From the NCBI GenBank assembly GCA_001644455.1, contig LSTF01000047.1, positions 2,818 through 66,817 of the forward strand: a stretch of 64,000 nt of DNA, in the 5' to 3' direction. The position numbers and the translations under genes were made by a program. Source of the stretch: Betaproteobacteria bacterium SCGC AG-212-J23. GTDB taxonomy: Bacteria > Pseudomonadota > Gammaproteobacteria > Burkholderiales > SG8-39. The notes under the pieces are model-generated. The model did not search any database. It was given only the letters and a program-made list of their open reading frames with translations, and was not told where the DNA came from. Positions 40,960-50,624 of the stretch are shown piece by piece; the first letter of the stretch is position 1; every line of letters starts with the position of its first letter.

Positions 40960-41561
40960 AGCTTGTCCTTTCCGGGCCAACGCTCAACCAGATCGACGAA
41001 CAAAGGGTCGATGCTCTTGTCGCCTTTACGAATTTCTTTTGCCAAAGGACCTGGTTCCTCGTTGTAGGCGAGGAGCGAAAGATCCTTCATCCGCATCGGA
41101 TACAGCACTCCATCCAGATGATCGCACTCATGCTGGAGGAGAGCGGCCCAGGAGCTCGTCGCGTCATGGGTCACGGTCTTGCCTTCGAGATCCTTGTAGG
41201 TCATGGTGATATCCGTGTAGCGCGGCACTTTCCCGTGCAACCCCGGCACCGAGAGGCAGCGCTCCCAGACGTCGCGCTGACGCGAGCTCTTGGGCTTGAT
41301 CACGGGGTTCACCATCACGGTCCACGGACGAGGCTGAAGCCCGGAGCCGGGCGGGATTCTCGAGGCGATCATGCGGTAGACGACGACGCGCTTCGGCACG
41401 AACACCTGCGGCGCGGCGAGGCCGCTCGCGCCGATGTCCTCGATGGTGTCCTGCATGTCCTGCGCGAGCTTGCGGATCTCGGGCGCGCCCGGATCGGCGA
41501 CGGGCTGCGACGGCTCGAGCAGCACCGGGTTTCCCATCCGGGCAATTCGCAAAACGGCCAT
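40956..41561 (-). CDS. def: Peptide deformylase (variant motifs)
   Basis: GLAAPQ, ERCLS, QHECDHL.G. Confidence 0.85.
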   Translation of the reverse strand: MAVLRIARMGNPVLLEPSQPVADPGAPEIRKLAQDMQDTIEDIGASGLAAPQVFVPKRVVVYRMIASRIPPGSGLQPRPWTVMVNPVIKPKSSRQRDVWERCLSVPGLHGKVPRYTDITMTYKDLEGKTVTHDATSSWAALLQHECDHLDGVLYPMRMKDLSLLAYNEEPGPLAKEIRKGDKSIDPLFVDLVERWPGKDKL

Positions 41562-41605
41562 GCTCCTCCTCCGGAATCGGATGGTCGCACAGCTAGAATC
41601 GGTTG

Positions 41606-42808
41606 GTGAATCCCGCGATGCTCGTTTTGCTGCTGGTGAGCGGCACCATCGTTTCGCTCTCGATGGGCATGCGCCAGAGCATGGGTCTCTTCATGGGGCC
41701 GCTGACCACCGACCTCGGCATCTCGGCGGCGACCTTCAGCTTCTCGCTCGCGCTGCAGAACATCGTCTGGGGGCTGTCGCAGCCGGTGGTCGGCGCGCTC
41801 GCCGACAAGTACGGCGCGCGGCCGGCGGTGTTCGTCACGGCGCTCGTCTACGCCGCGGGCCTCGGGCTGATGGTCGTTTCGCGCGGCGCGGTCGGCCTCG
41901 ATATCGCCGGCTTCCTCTGCGGCATCGGCATCGCCGGCACCGGCTTCGGCGTGCTGATCGGCGTCGTCGCGCGGGCGACACCGCCGGAAAAGCGCATCCA
42001 GCGCGTCGGCCTCGTCGCCGCGGTCGGCTCGCTCGGCACGGTGGTGCTCGCGCCAACCGGGCAGTCAGTGATGGCGGCTTTCGGCTGGCAGGCAGCGCTG
42101 GCGGGATTTGCCTGCATCGCGCTGTTCACGGCATTTTTGTGCCTGTTCATCAAGGAAAAGCCCGTCGCGGATGCGCGGCCGACGGCCGAGCCTCTCCGCA
42201 AGGCGCTCGCCGACGCGGCGGGCCATCGCGGCTTCGTGCAGATGACGGTTGCCTATTTCGCCTGCGGCTTCCAGCTCATCTTCATCACCACGCACCTGCC
42301 GCAGTACCTCGAGCTTTGCGGCATCTCGCCCGCGGTGGGCGCGCAAGCGCTCGGCCTGATCGGCTTCTTCAACACCCTCGGCACGTACCTCTTCGGCCAC
42401 CTGGGCGCGCGTTACAGCCAGAAGAAGCTGCTGGCGCTGATCTACGGCACGCGCACGCTCTTCATCTGCATCTTCCTCGCCGTGCCGGTCACGGTGACGA
42501 CGACGCTGATCTTCGCCGCGGCGATGGGTTTCCTGTGGCTGGGGGTGGCGCCGCTCATTACCGGCGTGATCGCGCGCGTCTTCGGCCTGGGGCACTTCAA
42601 CGCGCTGTACGGCAGCGTGTTCCTCTCGCACCAGGTCGGGTCGTTCGCCGGTGCGTGGATGGGCGGCGTGGTGTTCGCCACCACGGGCTCCTACTCGCTG
42701 GCGTGGGCGGCGCTGATCGCGATCGGCGCCACCGCCTTCCTGCTGCAGTGGACGATGGACGACCAGCCGCTGGCGGCTAGCGAGCTTCGATCAGCCGCTC
42801 GTCCGTGA
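41606..42808 (+). CDS. MFS transporter
   Basis: About 12 hydrophobic helices; GALADKYG, FACGFQ, HQVGSF.G. Confidence 0.9.
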   Translation: MNPAMLVLLLVSGTIVSLSMGMRQSMGLFMGPLTTDLGISAATFSFSLALQNIVWGLSQPVVGALADKYGARPAVFVTALVYAAGLGLMVVSRGAVGLDIAGFLCGIGIAGTGFGVLIGVVARATPPEKRIQRVGLVAAVGSLGTVVLAPTGQSVMAAFGWQAALAGFACIALFTAFLCLFIKEKPVADARPTAEPLRKALADAAGHRGFVQMTVAYFACGFQLIFITTHLPQYLELCGISPAVGAQALGLIGFFNTLGTYLFGHLGARYSQKKLLALIYGTRTLFICIFLAVPVTVTTTLIFAAAMGFLWLGVAPLITGVIARVFGLGHFNALYGSVFLSHQVGSFAGAWMGGVVFATTGSYSLAWAALIAIGATAFLLQWTMDDQPLAASELRSAARP

Positions 42809-43094
42809 GCCGGATGCGGTCGCCGGCCTTGAAGTCGGTGCTGTCGGTGTCGAGGTACTGCGTGCGGCCGTCGTCCATGCGGATCTTCAGCCGGTAGAGC
42901 TGCTCGGGCGCCGAGCCGCCGGCGGCCGCCATGAAGGGCCTGGGCGCGGGCGTGCGCGACTCGACCACGCCGGTGCCGGGCCGATACTGGAACTGCTGTC
43001 CGGTGATGTCGGTCTGCGGCGTGTACATCCAGGCACAGCCGGTGAGACTCGAGGCGAGACTCGTGAAGGCGACGGCAATCAGAGTGCGTTTCAT
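42777..43094 (-). CDS. Hypothetical lipoprotein (related to 37779-38180)
   Basis: LTGC lipobox; IRMDDGRTQYLDT. Confidence 0.75.
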   Translation of the reverse strand: MKRTLIAVAFTSLASSLTGCAWMYTPQTDITGQQFQYRPGTGVVESRTPAPRPFMAAAGGSAPEQLYRLKIRMDDGRTQYLDTDSTDFKAGDRIRLTDERLIEAR

Positions 43095-43393
43095 TGTTTC
43101 TCCTGTCGAGGTTCCTGAGGCGGCGGCTCGCCGGGCGCGCGGGTCGCGCCGGCGGAGCTCTTGCGCTCCTGCTCGAGGCACTGCTCGCGCAGCGTCCCGG
43201 AAAGCTCGTTGCAGCGGTCGATGCCGCGGGAAGGCGTCGCGGCGGGCCGCGCGTCGGGCGTGCCGGACGTTTCGCCGGGCAGCACCGAGCCGCCCCTGAT
43301 CGCGCCGTCGCTCGGGCTCGCGTCCTTTCCGCCGGGACCCTGCGCGAAGGCGCTGGCGGCGATGAAAAGGAGCGTCCAGGCAATGGATTTCAT
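43091..43393 (-). CDS. Hypothetical exported protein
   Basis: Signal peptide; RC..L.G..REQCL; ATGA overlap with the next gene. Confidence 0.7.
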   Translation of the reverse strand: MKSIAWTLLFIAASAFAQGPGGKDASPSDGAIRGGSVLPGETSGTPDARPAATPSRGIDRCNELSGTLREQCLEQERKSSAGATRAPGEPPPQEPRQEKQ

Positions 43394-43405
43394 GCCCGAG
43401 GCCTT

Positions 43406-43419
43406 GCAATAATCGAGCC
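43406..43419 (-). promoter_or_regulatory. Putative sigma54 promoter
   Basis: GGCTCGATTATTGC, 12 nt from the ATG at 43393. Confidence 0.5.
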
Positions 43420-43420
43420 C

Positions 43421-44539
43421 ATGGACGCAGTCGCCCTGACGAAGACCTTGCTGCAGTTCGACACCATCAACCCGCCCGGCCGCGAGCGCGATTGCGCGCA
43501 CCACGCCGGCGCGATGCTCCAGGAATGGGGCTACAAGGTCGAGTACCACGAGTACGCCGACCGCCGCACCAGCGTCATCGCCCAGGGCGGCGGAAACGAT
43601 GAGAAAAAGCCGTTGTGCCTGACCGGGCACCTCGACGTCGTCTCGCTCGGCACGCGCAAGTGGGCGCACGATCCTTTCTCCGGCGAGACCGCCGGCGACA
43701 AGCTCTACGGCCGCGGCAGCTCGGACATGAAGGCCGGCGTCGCCGCGATCCTGATCGCCGCGCGCAGCATGGCGAATAAGCTCTCCGGCACGCCGGGCGT
43801 GGTGATCGTCCTCACCGCCGCCGAGGAGGGCGGCTGCATCGGCTCGAAGAAGCTCGCCGAGACGCAGCTCCTCGGAAAGGCCGGCGCGATTATCGTCGGC
43901 GAGCCCACGTCGAACTATCCCTTCGTCGGCCACAAGGGCTCGATCAAGTTCAACGCTTCGTTCCGCGGCGTCTCCGCGCACGGCTCGATGCCGCACCTCG
44001 GCGAGAACGCGGTGTACAAGGCGGCGCGCGCGGTGGCGAAGCTCGAGGGGTTCGACTTCAAGGCGAGAAAGCACCCGATCATGGGCGAGCCGACGCTCAA
44101 CGTCGGCACCTTCGAGGGCGGCAGCGGCGTGAACCTGGTGCCGGATCTCGCAAAGATCGGCGTCGACATCCGTACCGTGCCCGGCGTGGATCATAAAAAA
44201 ATCATTTCCCGCCTGAAAACACTGATGGGCAAGGCCGACGTCGAAGTCTTCTCGGATCTCCCGCCGGTGTGGACCGCGCCCGACGACGAATGGATGCAGC
44301 GCGTGTTCGAGATCTGCAAGCCGGTGCTCGGCAGGAAGCCGAAGGCGCGCACCGCCACCTACATGACCGACGCTGCGAATCTCTTGAAGGTCTACGCCGG
44401 CGCGCCGACCGTGGTGCTCGGCCCGGGCGAGGCGCAGATGGCGCACCAGACCGACGAGTACTGCAGCATGGAGCGCATCGGCGAAGCCGTGGCGATCTAC
44501 GAAGCGCTGATCGACGACTGGACTACGAAGAGCAACTGA
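43421..44539 (+). CDS. M20 family metallopeptidase (ArgE/DapE-like)
   Basis: [24 protein letters not shown]. Confidence 0.9.
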   Translation: MDAVALTKTLLQFDTINPPGRERDCAHHAGAMLQEWGYKVEYHEYADRRTSVIAQGGGNDEKKPLCLTGHLDVVSLGTRKWAHDPFSGETAGDKLYGRGSSDMKAGVAAILIAARSMANKLSGTPGVVIVLTAAEEGGCIGSKKLAETQLLGKAGAIIVGEPTSNYPFVGHKGSIKFNASFRGVSAHGSMPHLGENAVYKAARAVAKLEGFDFKARKHPIMGEPTLNVGTFEGGSGVNLVPDLAKIGVDIRTVPGVDHKKIISRLKTLMGKADVEVFSDLPPVWTAPDDEWMQRVFEICKPVLGRKPKARTATYMTDAANLLKVYAGAPTVVLGPGEAQMAHQTDEYCSMERIGEAVAIYEALIDDWTTKSN

Positions 44540-45974
44540 GGGCGGAGCATCCTGCCCGTTCCCGGGCCCACTCGGGCCTGCGCGCCGCCAGATCCTCTTC
44601 CTGCGGCTGCTCGTCGTAGGGCCGCGCGAGAACCCGCATCAGCCGCTCGAGCGGCGCCGCGTCGCCCTTTTCCATCGCCTCGATCGCCAGCACCGCGAGG
44701 TAGTTGCGGAAGATGAATTTCGGGTTCACGCGGTTCATCTGCTCGGCCCGATCGGGTTTCGCGCGGGACAGGTAGAGCTTCAACCAGGCCGCCAATGAGG
44801 GGCCCGGCTGCGTGTAGTACGCCGCATGCAGGTCGGCCGGTTTCTCGGCTCGCGCCAGGTGGCGGAAGAAGAGCGTGAAGTCGGTTTCCGTTTCACCGAG
44901 CGTACGGAACAGCCCGGTCACCAATTCTTCGTCGAGCGCCTCGACGCCGAGCTTCTCGGCCAAGGCCTTGCCCATCGCTTCCTGGTAGGTCTCGGCGTAC
45001 AGGCCGAGCGCCTTCTCGAGTTTTTCCTTCTCGACAAGACCCAATAGCGCTTCCGCGAGTCGGGTCAGGTTCCAGAGCGCGATCTGCGGCTGGTTGCCGT
45101 AGCAGTAGCGCCGGCCGGGCAGGTCGGTGGTGTTCGGCGTCCACTGCGGGTCGTAGCCCTCGAGCCAGCCGTAAGGGCCGTAGTCGATCGTCAGGCCGAG
45201 GATCGAGAGGTTGTCGGTGTTCATCACGCCATGCACGAAGCCCAGGCGCATCCAGTCGACCATCAACAAGGCGGTTCGTTTGCAGACCTCGGCGAACCAC
45301 TCTTCGTGGGAAAGTCCGGAAAAATGATGGCGGATGACGAAATCCGCCAGCTGCTTCTTGAGATCGTCCGCGAGGATCTGGAAGTTGCCGAAGCGCACGA
45401 ACGACGGCGCGACGCGGCAGACGATAGCCCCCGGCTCGGGCGCGGGATGGCCGTCGTAGAACATGTCGCGGATCACCGGCTCGCCGGTGGCGACGAGGGA
45501 GAGCGCGCGCGTGGTCGGCACGCCGAGCCAGTGCATCGCTTCGCTGCACAGGAACTCGCGCAGCGAGGAGCGCAGCACCGCGCGGCCGTCGGCGGTGCGG
45601 GAGTAGGGAGTCAGGCCGGCCCCCTTCAACTGCAGCTCCTGGCCGGCGATCTCGCCGAGCGTGATCGCCCGGCCGTCGCCGAGCTGCCCGGCCCAGTTGC
45701 CGAACTGATGCCCGCCGTAGCGCGCGGAATAGGGCAGCATGCCCGGCGTTAGCGCATTGCCGGCAAGGATTTCGACGGTCCGCGACGAGGGGCTCGAGAG
45801 ATTGAGTTCAGCCGCCAGACCGCCGGACCAGGCGAGGAGCTTCGGCGCGGCGACCGGGGTGGGCTGGACGATGGTGTAGGTGGCACCGGCGGGCAACTCG
45901 GCCACGAAACGGCTCGAGAACCGTGCCTCGGCAAGGTCGAGGGAGCGCGGGAACGCGGCGGCGACTGGCGTCAT
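44523..45974 (-). CDS. selO: Protein adenylyltransferase SelO (YdiU)
   Basis: [36 protein letters not shown]-terminal SCSS. Confidence 0.93.
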   Translation of the reverse strand: MTPVAAAFPRSLDLAEARFSSRFVAELPAGATYTIVQPTPVAAPKLLAWSGGLAAELNLSSPSSRTVEILAGNALTPGMLPYSARYGGHQFGNWAGQLGDGRAITLGEIAGQELQLKGAGLTPYSRTADGRAVLRSSLREFLCSEAMHWLGVPTTRALSLVATGEPVIRDMFYDGHPAPEPGAIVCRVAPSFVRFGNFQILADDLKKQLADFVIRHHFSGLSHEEWFAEVCKRTALLMVDWMRLGFVHGVMNTDNLSILGLTIDYGPYGWLEGYDPQWTPNTTDLPGRRYCYGNQPQIALWNLTRLAEALLGLVEKEKLEKALGLYAETYQEAMGKALAEKLGVEALDEELVTGLFRTLGETETDFTLFFRHLARAEKPADLHAAYYTQPGPSLAAWLKLYLSRAKPDRAEQMNRVNPKFIFRNYLAVLAIEAMEKGDAAPLERLMRVLARPYDEQPQEEDLAARRPEWARERAGCSALSCSS

Positions 45975-46005
45975 CGAATGCAGCGTACCCCAAAGTGAAA
46001 ACCCT

Positions 46006-46644
46006 ATGAAAAACATGTCTTCCCGGGTCGACGACAGCGCCGAGTTCGAGGTGCTGATGCGGCGCCACAACCGGATGCTGTTCCGCACCGCGCGGGCGAT
46101 CCTGCACGACGACGCCGAGGCCGAGGACGCGCTGCAGGACGCTTACGTCAAGGCGTATGGCGCCATGGGCACCTTCCGCGGCGATGCCAAGGTCTCGACC
46201 TGGCTGGCGCGCATCGTCGCCAACGAGGCGCTGCAGCGGCTGCGCAAGAGCAAGCGTCGCGACACGATCGTGCCGCTGCGCACGAGCGGCAGCCCGGAGG
46301 AAATCGACGAAATCCCGGAAGGAAACATGAGCAAGGGACCGGAGCAATCGGCGGGCCGCGCCGAGATGCGGCGACTGCTGGAAAAGCGCATCGACGCGCT
46401 TCCCGACGCCTACCGCCCGGTGTTCATGCTGCGCGCGGTCGAGGAGCTTTCGGTCGAGGAGACCGCCGAGGTGCTGAACATCCCGGCGGCGACCGTGCGC
46501 ACGCGCTTTTTCCGCGCGCGCAGCCTGATGCGCGAGTCGCTCGCCTCCGAGATCGACCTCGCCTGCGAGGACGCCTTCGGCTTCGCCGGCGAGCGCTGCG
46601 ACCGCATCGTCGCCGCGGTTATGGCGCGGCTTCGACGATCCTGA
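46006..46644 (+). CDS. ECF sigma factor
   Basis: [33 protein letters not shown]. Confidence 0.9.
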   Translation: MKNMSSRVDDSAEFEVLMRRHNRMLFRTARAILHDDAEAEDALQDAYVKAYGAMGTFRGDAKVSTWLARIVANEALQRLRKSKRRDTIVPLRTSGSPEEIDEIPEGNMSKGPEQSAGRAEMRRLLEKRIDALPDAYRPVFMLRAVEELSVEETAEVLNIPAATVRTRFFRARSLMRESLASEIDLACEDAFGFAGERCDRIVAAVMARLRRS

Positions 46645-46912
46645 TGTCCCGCTCGGCGGCATCGCCGAGCGCCCGCAGCGCTTCCTTGTAGCCCGGGCTG
46701 TCGTGGCCGGCGATCGCCGCCGCGACGCTCGCCCACTCGGTGACGACGGTGCGCTGGTTGAGGCCGGCCTCGTAGGTCTTCGCCGGCGCGCCGCGCACCA
46801 GGAACTTGCCGCCCGCGGCCTGGATCGCCGGGCCGGCGAGCTTGGCGTACGCGGCCAGCGCGTTCGAGTCCTTGATCGAGCGGTAGCAGGTAATCCAGTA
46901 TGCTTTCGCCAT
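46619..46912 (-). CDS. DUF1330 domain protein
   Basis: AYAKLAGPAI..AGGKFLVRG; AAGGAG SD; paralogue of 32647-32940. Confidence 0.88.
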   Translation of the reverse strand: MAKAYWITCYRSIKDSNALAAYAKLAGPAIQAAGGKFLVRGAPAKTYEAGLNQRTVVTEWASVAAAIAGHDSPGYKEALRALGDAAERDIRIVEAAP

Positions 46913-47864
46913 GGGTCGCTCCTTTTTGAACGCGGCAAGTCTACTCGCCCTCGCGTTTCTTCCTTTCGCCGGCGAAGCGCAAACCGTCCGCATCGTCGTG
47001 CCCTTCGCCGCGGGCGGCGTGCAGGACATCCTGGCCCGCTCGATCAACCAGGAGCTCGGCGCCAGGATCGGCCGCACGGTCATCGTCGAGAACCGCACCG
47101 GCGCCGGCGGCACCATCGCCAACGCCTCGGTGGCGAAGAGCGCGCCCGACGGCACGACGCTGCTGCTCGCCGCGGCGAGCCATACCATCACCGGCCACGT
47201 CTACGCCAAGCTGCCCTACCACCCGCTGAAGGATTTCACCGCGGTGGCGCACATCGGCAACGTCGACTACGTGCTGATGATCAACGGCGAGCTGCCGGTG
47301 AAGTCGGTCCAGGAGCTGATCGCTTTCTTGAAACGCAATCCTGGAAAGTACAACTTCGCCTCGGCCGGCACCGGCAGCGCCACGCACCTTTCGATGGCCT
47401 ACTTCTCCAACCTTGCCGGGGTCGAAATGGTGCACATCCCGTTCAAGGCGACCAACGAGGCGATCCAGGAAGTCATGGTCGGCCGCGCCCACGCGGTGAT
47501 GGCCTCGACCATCGGCGCGCTGCCCTTCGCCAGGGACTCGCGCGTGAAGATGCTCGGCGTGAGTGGCGCGAAGCGCTCGAAGTTCGCGCCCGAGCTGCCG
47601 ACCATCGCCGAGAGCGGCCTCGCCGGCTACGAGTTCGATTCCTGGATGGGCCTGCTCGGGCCGGCGGGGATGCCCAGGGCGACCGTGGAGCAGATCAATA
47701 CGGCGGTCAACGAGCTGCTCAAGGACCCGGTGATCCTCGATCGCCTGGCGAAGCAGGGCGTCGAGCCGCGCGCGATGTCGCCGGAAGCGTTTACCCGCCT
47801 GCTGCAGGACGATTTCGCGCGCATGGAGCGCGTCGTCAAGGCCGCGGGCGCAAGAATCGAGTGA
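46911..47864 (+). CDS. Bug/TctC substrate-binding protein
   Basis: VPFAAGGVQD, ENRTGAGG, PDG.TL; start ATG 46911 or TTG 46926. Confidence 0.9.
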   Translation: MGRSFLNAASLLALAFLPFAGEAQTVRIVVPFAAGGVQDILARSINQELGARIGRTVIVENRTGAGGTIANASVAKSAPDGTTLLLAAASHTITGHVYAKLPYHPLKDFTAVAHIGNVDYVLMINGELPVKSVQELIAFLKRNPGKYNFASAGTGSATHLSMAYFSNLAGVEMVHIPFKATNEAIQEVMVGRAHAVMASTIGALPFARDSRVKMLGVSGAKRSKFAPELPTIAESGLAGYEFDSWMGLLGPAGMPRATVEQINTAVNELLKDPVILDRLAKQGVEPRAMSPEAFTRLLQDDFARMERVVKAAGARIE

Positions 47865-47883
47865 TCGCAAAAGGGGAGAGGAA

Positions 47884-48105
47884 ATGAAGAAGGTCGTCGT
47901 CTGGCTGTTGTCGCTGATGCTCGCTGCGCCCATGGGGTCGGCCCTGGCGCAGGAGGACAAGGCGGAGAAGAAGAAGCCGACCCGCGCGGAGGCCCGCGAG
48001 CAGCGCCGCGCCGAGCGCGAAGAGCGCCGCGCCGAGCGCCGCGAGAAGAAGGAGGCGGCGCGCGAGGCGAAGCGAAACCGGAACAAGTCCTCAGACGAGA
48101 AGTAG
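47884..48105 (+). CDS. Small exported charged helical protein
   Basis: GGAGAGG SD, signal peptide, E/R/K-rich body. Confidence 0.65.
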   Translation: MKKVVVWLLSLMLAAPMGSALAQEDKAEKKKPTRAEAREQRRAEREERRAERREKKEAAREAKRNRNKSSDEK

Positions 48106-48217
48106 CAGCGCGGCGACACGCCGTCGCCTTTCCTTGCCTCCACGAAGCCGGGTTCCACGCTAGGAATCGCCGCGCGCGCTGGCTACGCTCCCCCTCGTCA
48201 ATCCACGAGGAGGCGCC

Positions 48218-48487
48218 ATGAACGCAGCCACGGTTTTCAGAGTCCTGGACCTCATTCCCGACCGCGTCGTCCGCACCCAGAGCGGCACCGCGACGGGCGA
48301 TATCGGCGCCGCCAGCTCCATCCACCCCGAGCGCGTGGCGCTGCTCGTCGAGTTCCTGCACTGGCTGACGCCCCTCTATCCCACGACCAAGGACGACCAG
48401 ATGCGCTTCGGCCTGTTCGCCCAGAAGCAGGTCGCGGCCGAGGAAGAGGAAGAAGCGGTCGACCTCGAGGAAGAAGCTCTCGTCTAG
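48218..48487 (+). CDS. Hypothetical protein
   Basis: GAGGAGG SD, host-like codon usage, acidic tail. Confidence 0.65.
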   Translation: MNAATVFRVLDLIPDRVVRTQSGTATGDIGAASSIHPERVALLVEFLHWLTPLYPTTKDDQMRFGLFAQKQVAAEEEEEAVDLEEEALV

Positions 48488-48499
48488 AATCCGGGACGC

Positions 48500-49174
48500 A
48501 TGCGCGTCCTGTCCTCGCTGGCGATCAAGGAAGCCTACCTGGAGTTGCTTCCTCTGTTTGAAAAGCAAACCCGACATTCCGTGCAGACGGAGTGGCTGGG
48601 CATGGTCGACATCGTCAAGCGCGTGCAGGCCGGCGAGGTCGCCGACCTCCTGATCGCCTCGCAGAAGGTGCTCGGCGAATTGAAGGCGCAGGGCAAGGTG
48701 CGGGCGGTCGTGGATCTCGCCAAGTCCGGCGTCGCCGTCGCGGTGAAGAAGGGCGCGCAGCGCCCCGACATCGGCTCCGCCGAGTCGGTGAAGCGCGCAC
48801 TGCGTGCCGCGAAATCGATCGGCTATTCGAGCGGACCGAGCGGGGTGTACCTCGCCGAGCTTTTCCAGAAATGGGGCATCGCCGGGGAGCTCAAGCCGAA
48901 GATCACGCAGACCCCGCCGGGCACGGCGGTCGGGCCGCTGGTCGCGGATGGCCGGGTGGAAATCGGCTTCCAGCAAATGAGCGAGCTCCTGCCCACGCCG
49001 GGCATCGACATCCTCGGCCCGCTGCCGGCCGGGATCCAGACCATCACCACCTTCTCCGGCGGCGTCCATGCCGCCGCCAAGGAAGCCGACGCCGCGCGGG
49101 CGTGGCTCGCTTTCCTCACCGCGCCGCAATCTGCCGCCGTGTTACGCAGGCACGGCATGGACCCCGCCAAGTAG
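48500..49174 (+). CDS. ModA-like substrate-binding domain protein
   Basis: G..VAV..G, S.GPSG.Y, G.QQ.SEL, GPLP. Confidence 0.82.
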   Translation: MRVLSSLAIKEAYLELLPLFEKQTRHSVQTEWLGMVDIVKRVQAGEVADLLIASQKVLGELKAQGKVRAVVDLAKSGVAVAVKKGAQRPDIGSAESVKRALRAAKSIGYSSGPSGVYLAELFQKWGIAGELKPKITQTPPGTAVGPLVADGRVEIGFQQMSELLPTPGIDILGPLPAGIQTITTFSGGVHAAAKEADAARAWLAFLTAPQSAAVLRRHGMDPAK

Positions 49175-49187
49175 GCTAGAGCCGCCG

Positions 49188-49201
49188 GGCACGCACTTTG
49201 C
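49188..49201 (+). promoter_or_regulatory. Putative sigma54 promoter
   Basis: GGCACGCACTTTGC 41 nt before ATG 49242. Confidence 0.65.
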
Positions 49202-49241
49202 AAGACTAGGGGCCCATGGGTCTTTTTACGGAGATTTGGAT

Positions 49242-49604
49242 ATGAAGCTCACACTACTGGGCGCGGCGCTCGCCCTCGCATTCGGTACCGCGTATGCGGC
49301 CGACAACGCCAAGCACGACAAGAACGTCATCCAGCAGCAGGAAGAAAAAGGCGGCGCGCTGAACAACGACACCTCGTTCCGCGTGCTCGACAAGAACAAC
49401 GACGGCTACGTCTCGAAAGCCGAGGCGGCCGGCAACCCCGACCTCGCCAAGCGCTTCAAGGAAGCCGACAGCAACAAGGACGGCAAGTTGAGCCGCATGG
49501 AATACCTGAAGATCATGGCCAAGATCGACACGCACAACGCGGCGGACAAGGTCAGCAAGAGCACCGACGGCAAGGCCGCCACCGGCGGCACGAAGCAGAA
49601 GTAG
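49242..49604 (+). CDS. Exported EF-hand protein
   Basis: Signal peptide; DKNNDGYVSKAE and DSNKDGKLSRME. Confidence 0.85.
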   Translation: MKLTLLGAALALAFGTAYAADNAKHDKNVIQQQEEKGGALNNDTSFRVLDKNNDGYVSKAEAAGNPDLAKRFKEADSNKDGKLSRMEYLKIMAKIDTHNAADKVSKSTDGKAATGGTKQK

Positions 49605-49623
49605 CCGCCTCGCTGCTCCCCCG

Positions 49624-49653
49624 AAAGACGGGCCTTGGGCCCGTCTTTTTTTT
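49624..49653 (+). terminator. Rho-independent terminator
   Basis: AAAGACGGGCC-TTG-GGCCCGTCTTT followed by a T run. Confidence 0.85.
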
Positions 49654-49667
49654 GTAAAATCTGCCGG

Positions 49668-49859
49668 ATGATCCCCATGAGCGCCGACGAGATCAAGCAG
49701 TTCTGGCACGGCTTCTGCGAGCGCCAGAAGGTCAAGCCCGAGGTACGAGCCGAGGGCGACCGGCGCATCGAGGCCGATCCCGAGTTCTGGGCCGACCAGA
49801 CGATGTGGCAGCTGGTCGAGGCCATCTCCGGGGATGGCAAGTCACGCAAAGACCAGTAG
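49668..49859 (+). CDS. Small hypothetical protein
   Basis: TAAAAT 7 nt before the ATG; host-like codon usage. Confidence 0.6.
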   Translation: MIPMSADEIKQFWHGFCERQKVKPEVRAEGDRRIEADPEFWADQTMWQLVEAISGDGKSRKDQ

Positions 49860-50251
49860 CCATCGTTTTGCTTCTCGCCGCGCTCGGCGCGGCGGCGCAA
49901 TCGCCCGCGCCCGATCTGAAGGGGTACCAGGACGCCCTCGCGCGCGGCGACTACAACGCGGCTGCCGTCGCGCTGCGCCCGGTCGCCGACAGCGGCAACC
50001 CCGAAGCGCAGTACCGCTACGGGATGCTGCTTGCCGACGGCCTCGGCGTGCGGCCGAACGACGCCCTTGCGGCGAGCTGGTTGCGCCGCGCGGCCGATCA
50101 GGATCATGCCGAGGCGCAGTACCAGCTCGGCCTCATGTATGCCTCCGGCCGCGGCGTGCCCGAGGACCGGCGCGAAGCGGCGCGCCTGGTCACCAAGGCT
50201 GCCGACGCCGGCTATGCGCCGGCGAAGGCCTTCCTGCGGCAGTTGCGGTAA
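49805..50251 (+). CDS. Sel1-repeat protein (start uncertain)
   Basis: AQY.YG....G.GV, AA.Q....AQY.LG.MY..G.GV. Confidence 0.8.
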   Translation: MAAGRGHLRGWQVTQRPVAIVLLLAALGAAAQSPAPDLKGYQDALARGDYNAAAVALRPVADSGNPEAQYRYGMLLADGLGVRPNDALAASWLRRAADQDHAEAQYQLGLMYASGRGVPEDRREAARLVTKAADAGYAPAKAFLRQLR

Positions 50252-50254
50252 GGC

Positions 50255-50530
50255 TTACTTCTTGTCGGTGTCGACGGGAGCCGGCGCCGGCGCGGTCGCC
50301 GGTTCGGCGCGCGTACCGCCCGCGGCGGAGCGGTCGTGCTTCCCGTCCTTCTTCACCTTGCGCTTGGGCGCCTTGTCGGTCTTCACGTCGGCGCTCGCGC
50401 CGACGCCGGCATTGCCCGCAGCGTTGGCGTTGGTGCCGGTGGATTTCTCGGTGGTGGCGTTGTCCGCCGCGAGGGCGCTGAACGAAGCGGCGGCGAGGCC
50501 GCAAATGACGACTTGCAGTAGCTTGCGCAT
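50255..50530 (-). CDS. Small exported low-complexity protein
   Basis: AGGAG SD; signal peptide; A/T/K-rich. Confidence 0.7.
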   Translation of the reverse strand: MRKLLQVVICGLAAASFSALAADNATTEKSTGTNANAAGNAGVGASADVKTDKAPKRKVKKDGKHDRSAAGGTRAEPATAPAPAPVDTDKK

Positions 50531-50580
50531 GCAGTTCTCCTGAATTGAAATGCTCGTGGCTGAGCGACCTTCACAGGGCC

Positions 50581-50595
50581 GCAAGCCGCGTACCA
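50581..50595 (-). promoter_or_regulatory. Putative sigma54 promoter
   Basis: TGGTACGCGGCTTGC 51 nt upstream of the start at 50530. Confidence 0.65.
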
Positions 50596-50624
50596 TGGTG
50601 AAACTGCCGCTTCGAGGGGGTCCG

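Noticed and set aside
32647..46912. Two similar DUF1330 genes as ends of a mobile segment
   Set aside because: Diverged full-length paralogues; the DNA between them has host-like composition.
47980..48075. Tandem repeat or CRISPR-like periodicity
   Set aside because: It reflects E/R-rich helical coding; there are no constant repeats with unique spacers and no cas genes in the window.
48106..48217. Possible riboswitch-like leader (alternative GC stems, SD hairpin CCTCGT/ACGAGG)
   Set aside because: No recognisable aptamer; GC-rich pairings arise by chance and a TACGCT box at 48184 suggests a short leader instead.
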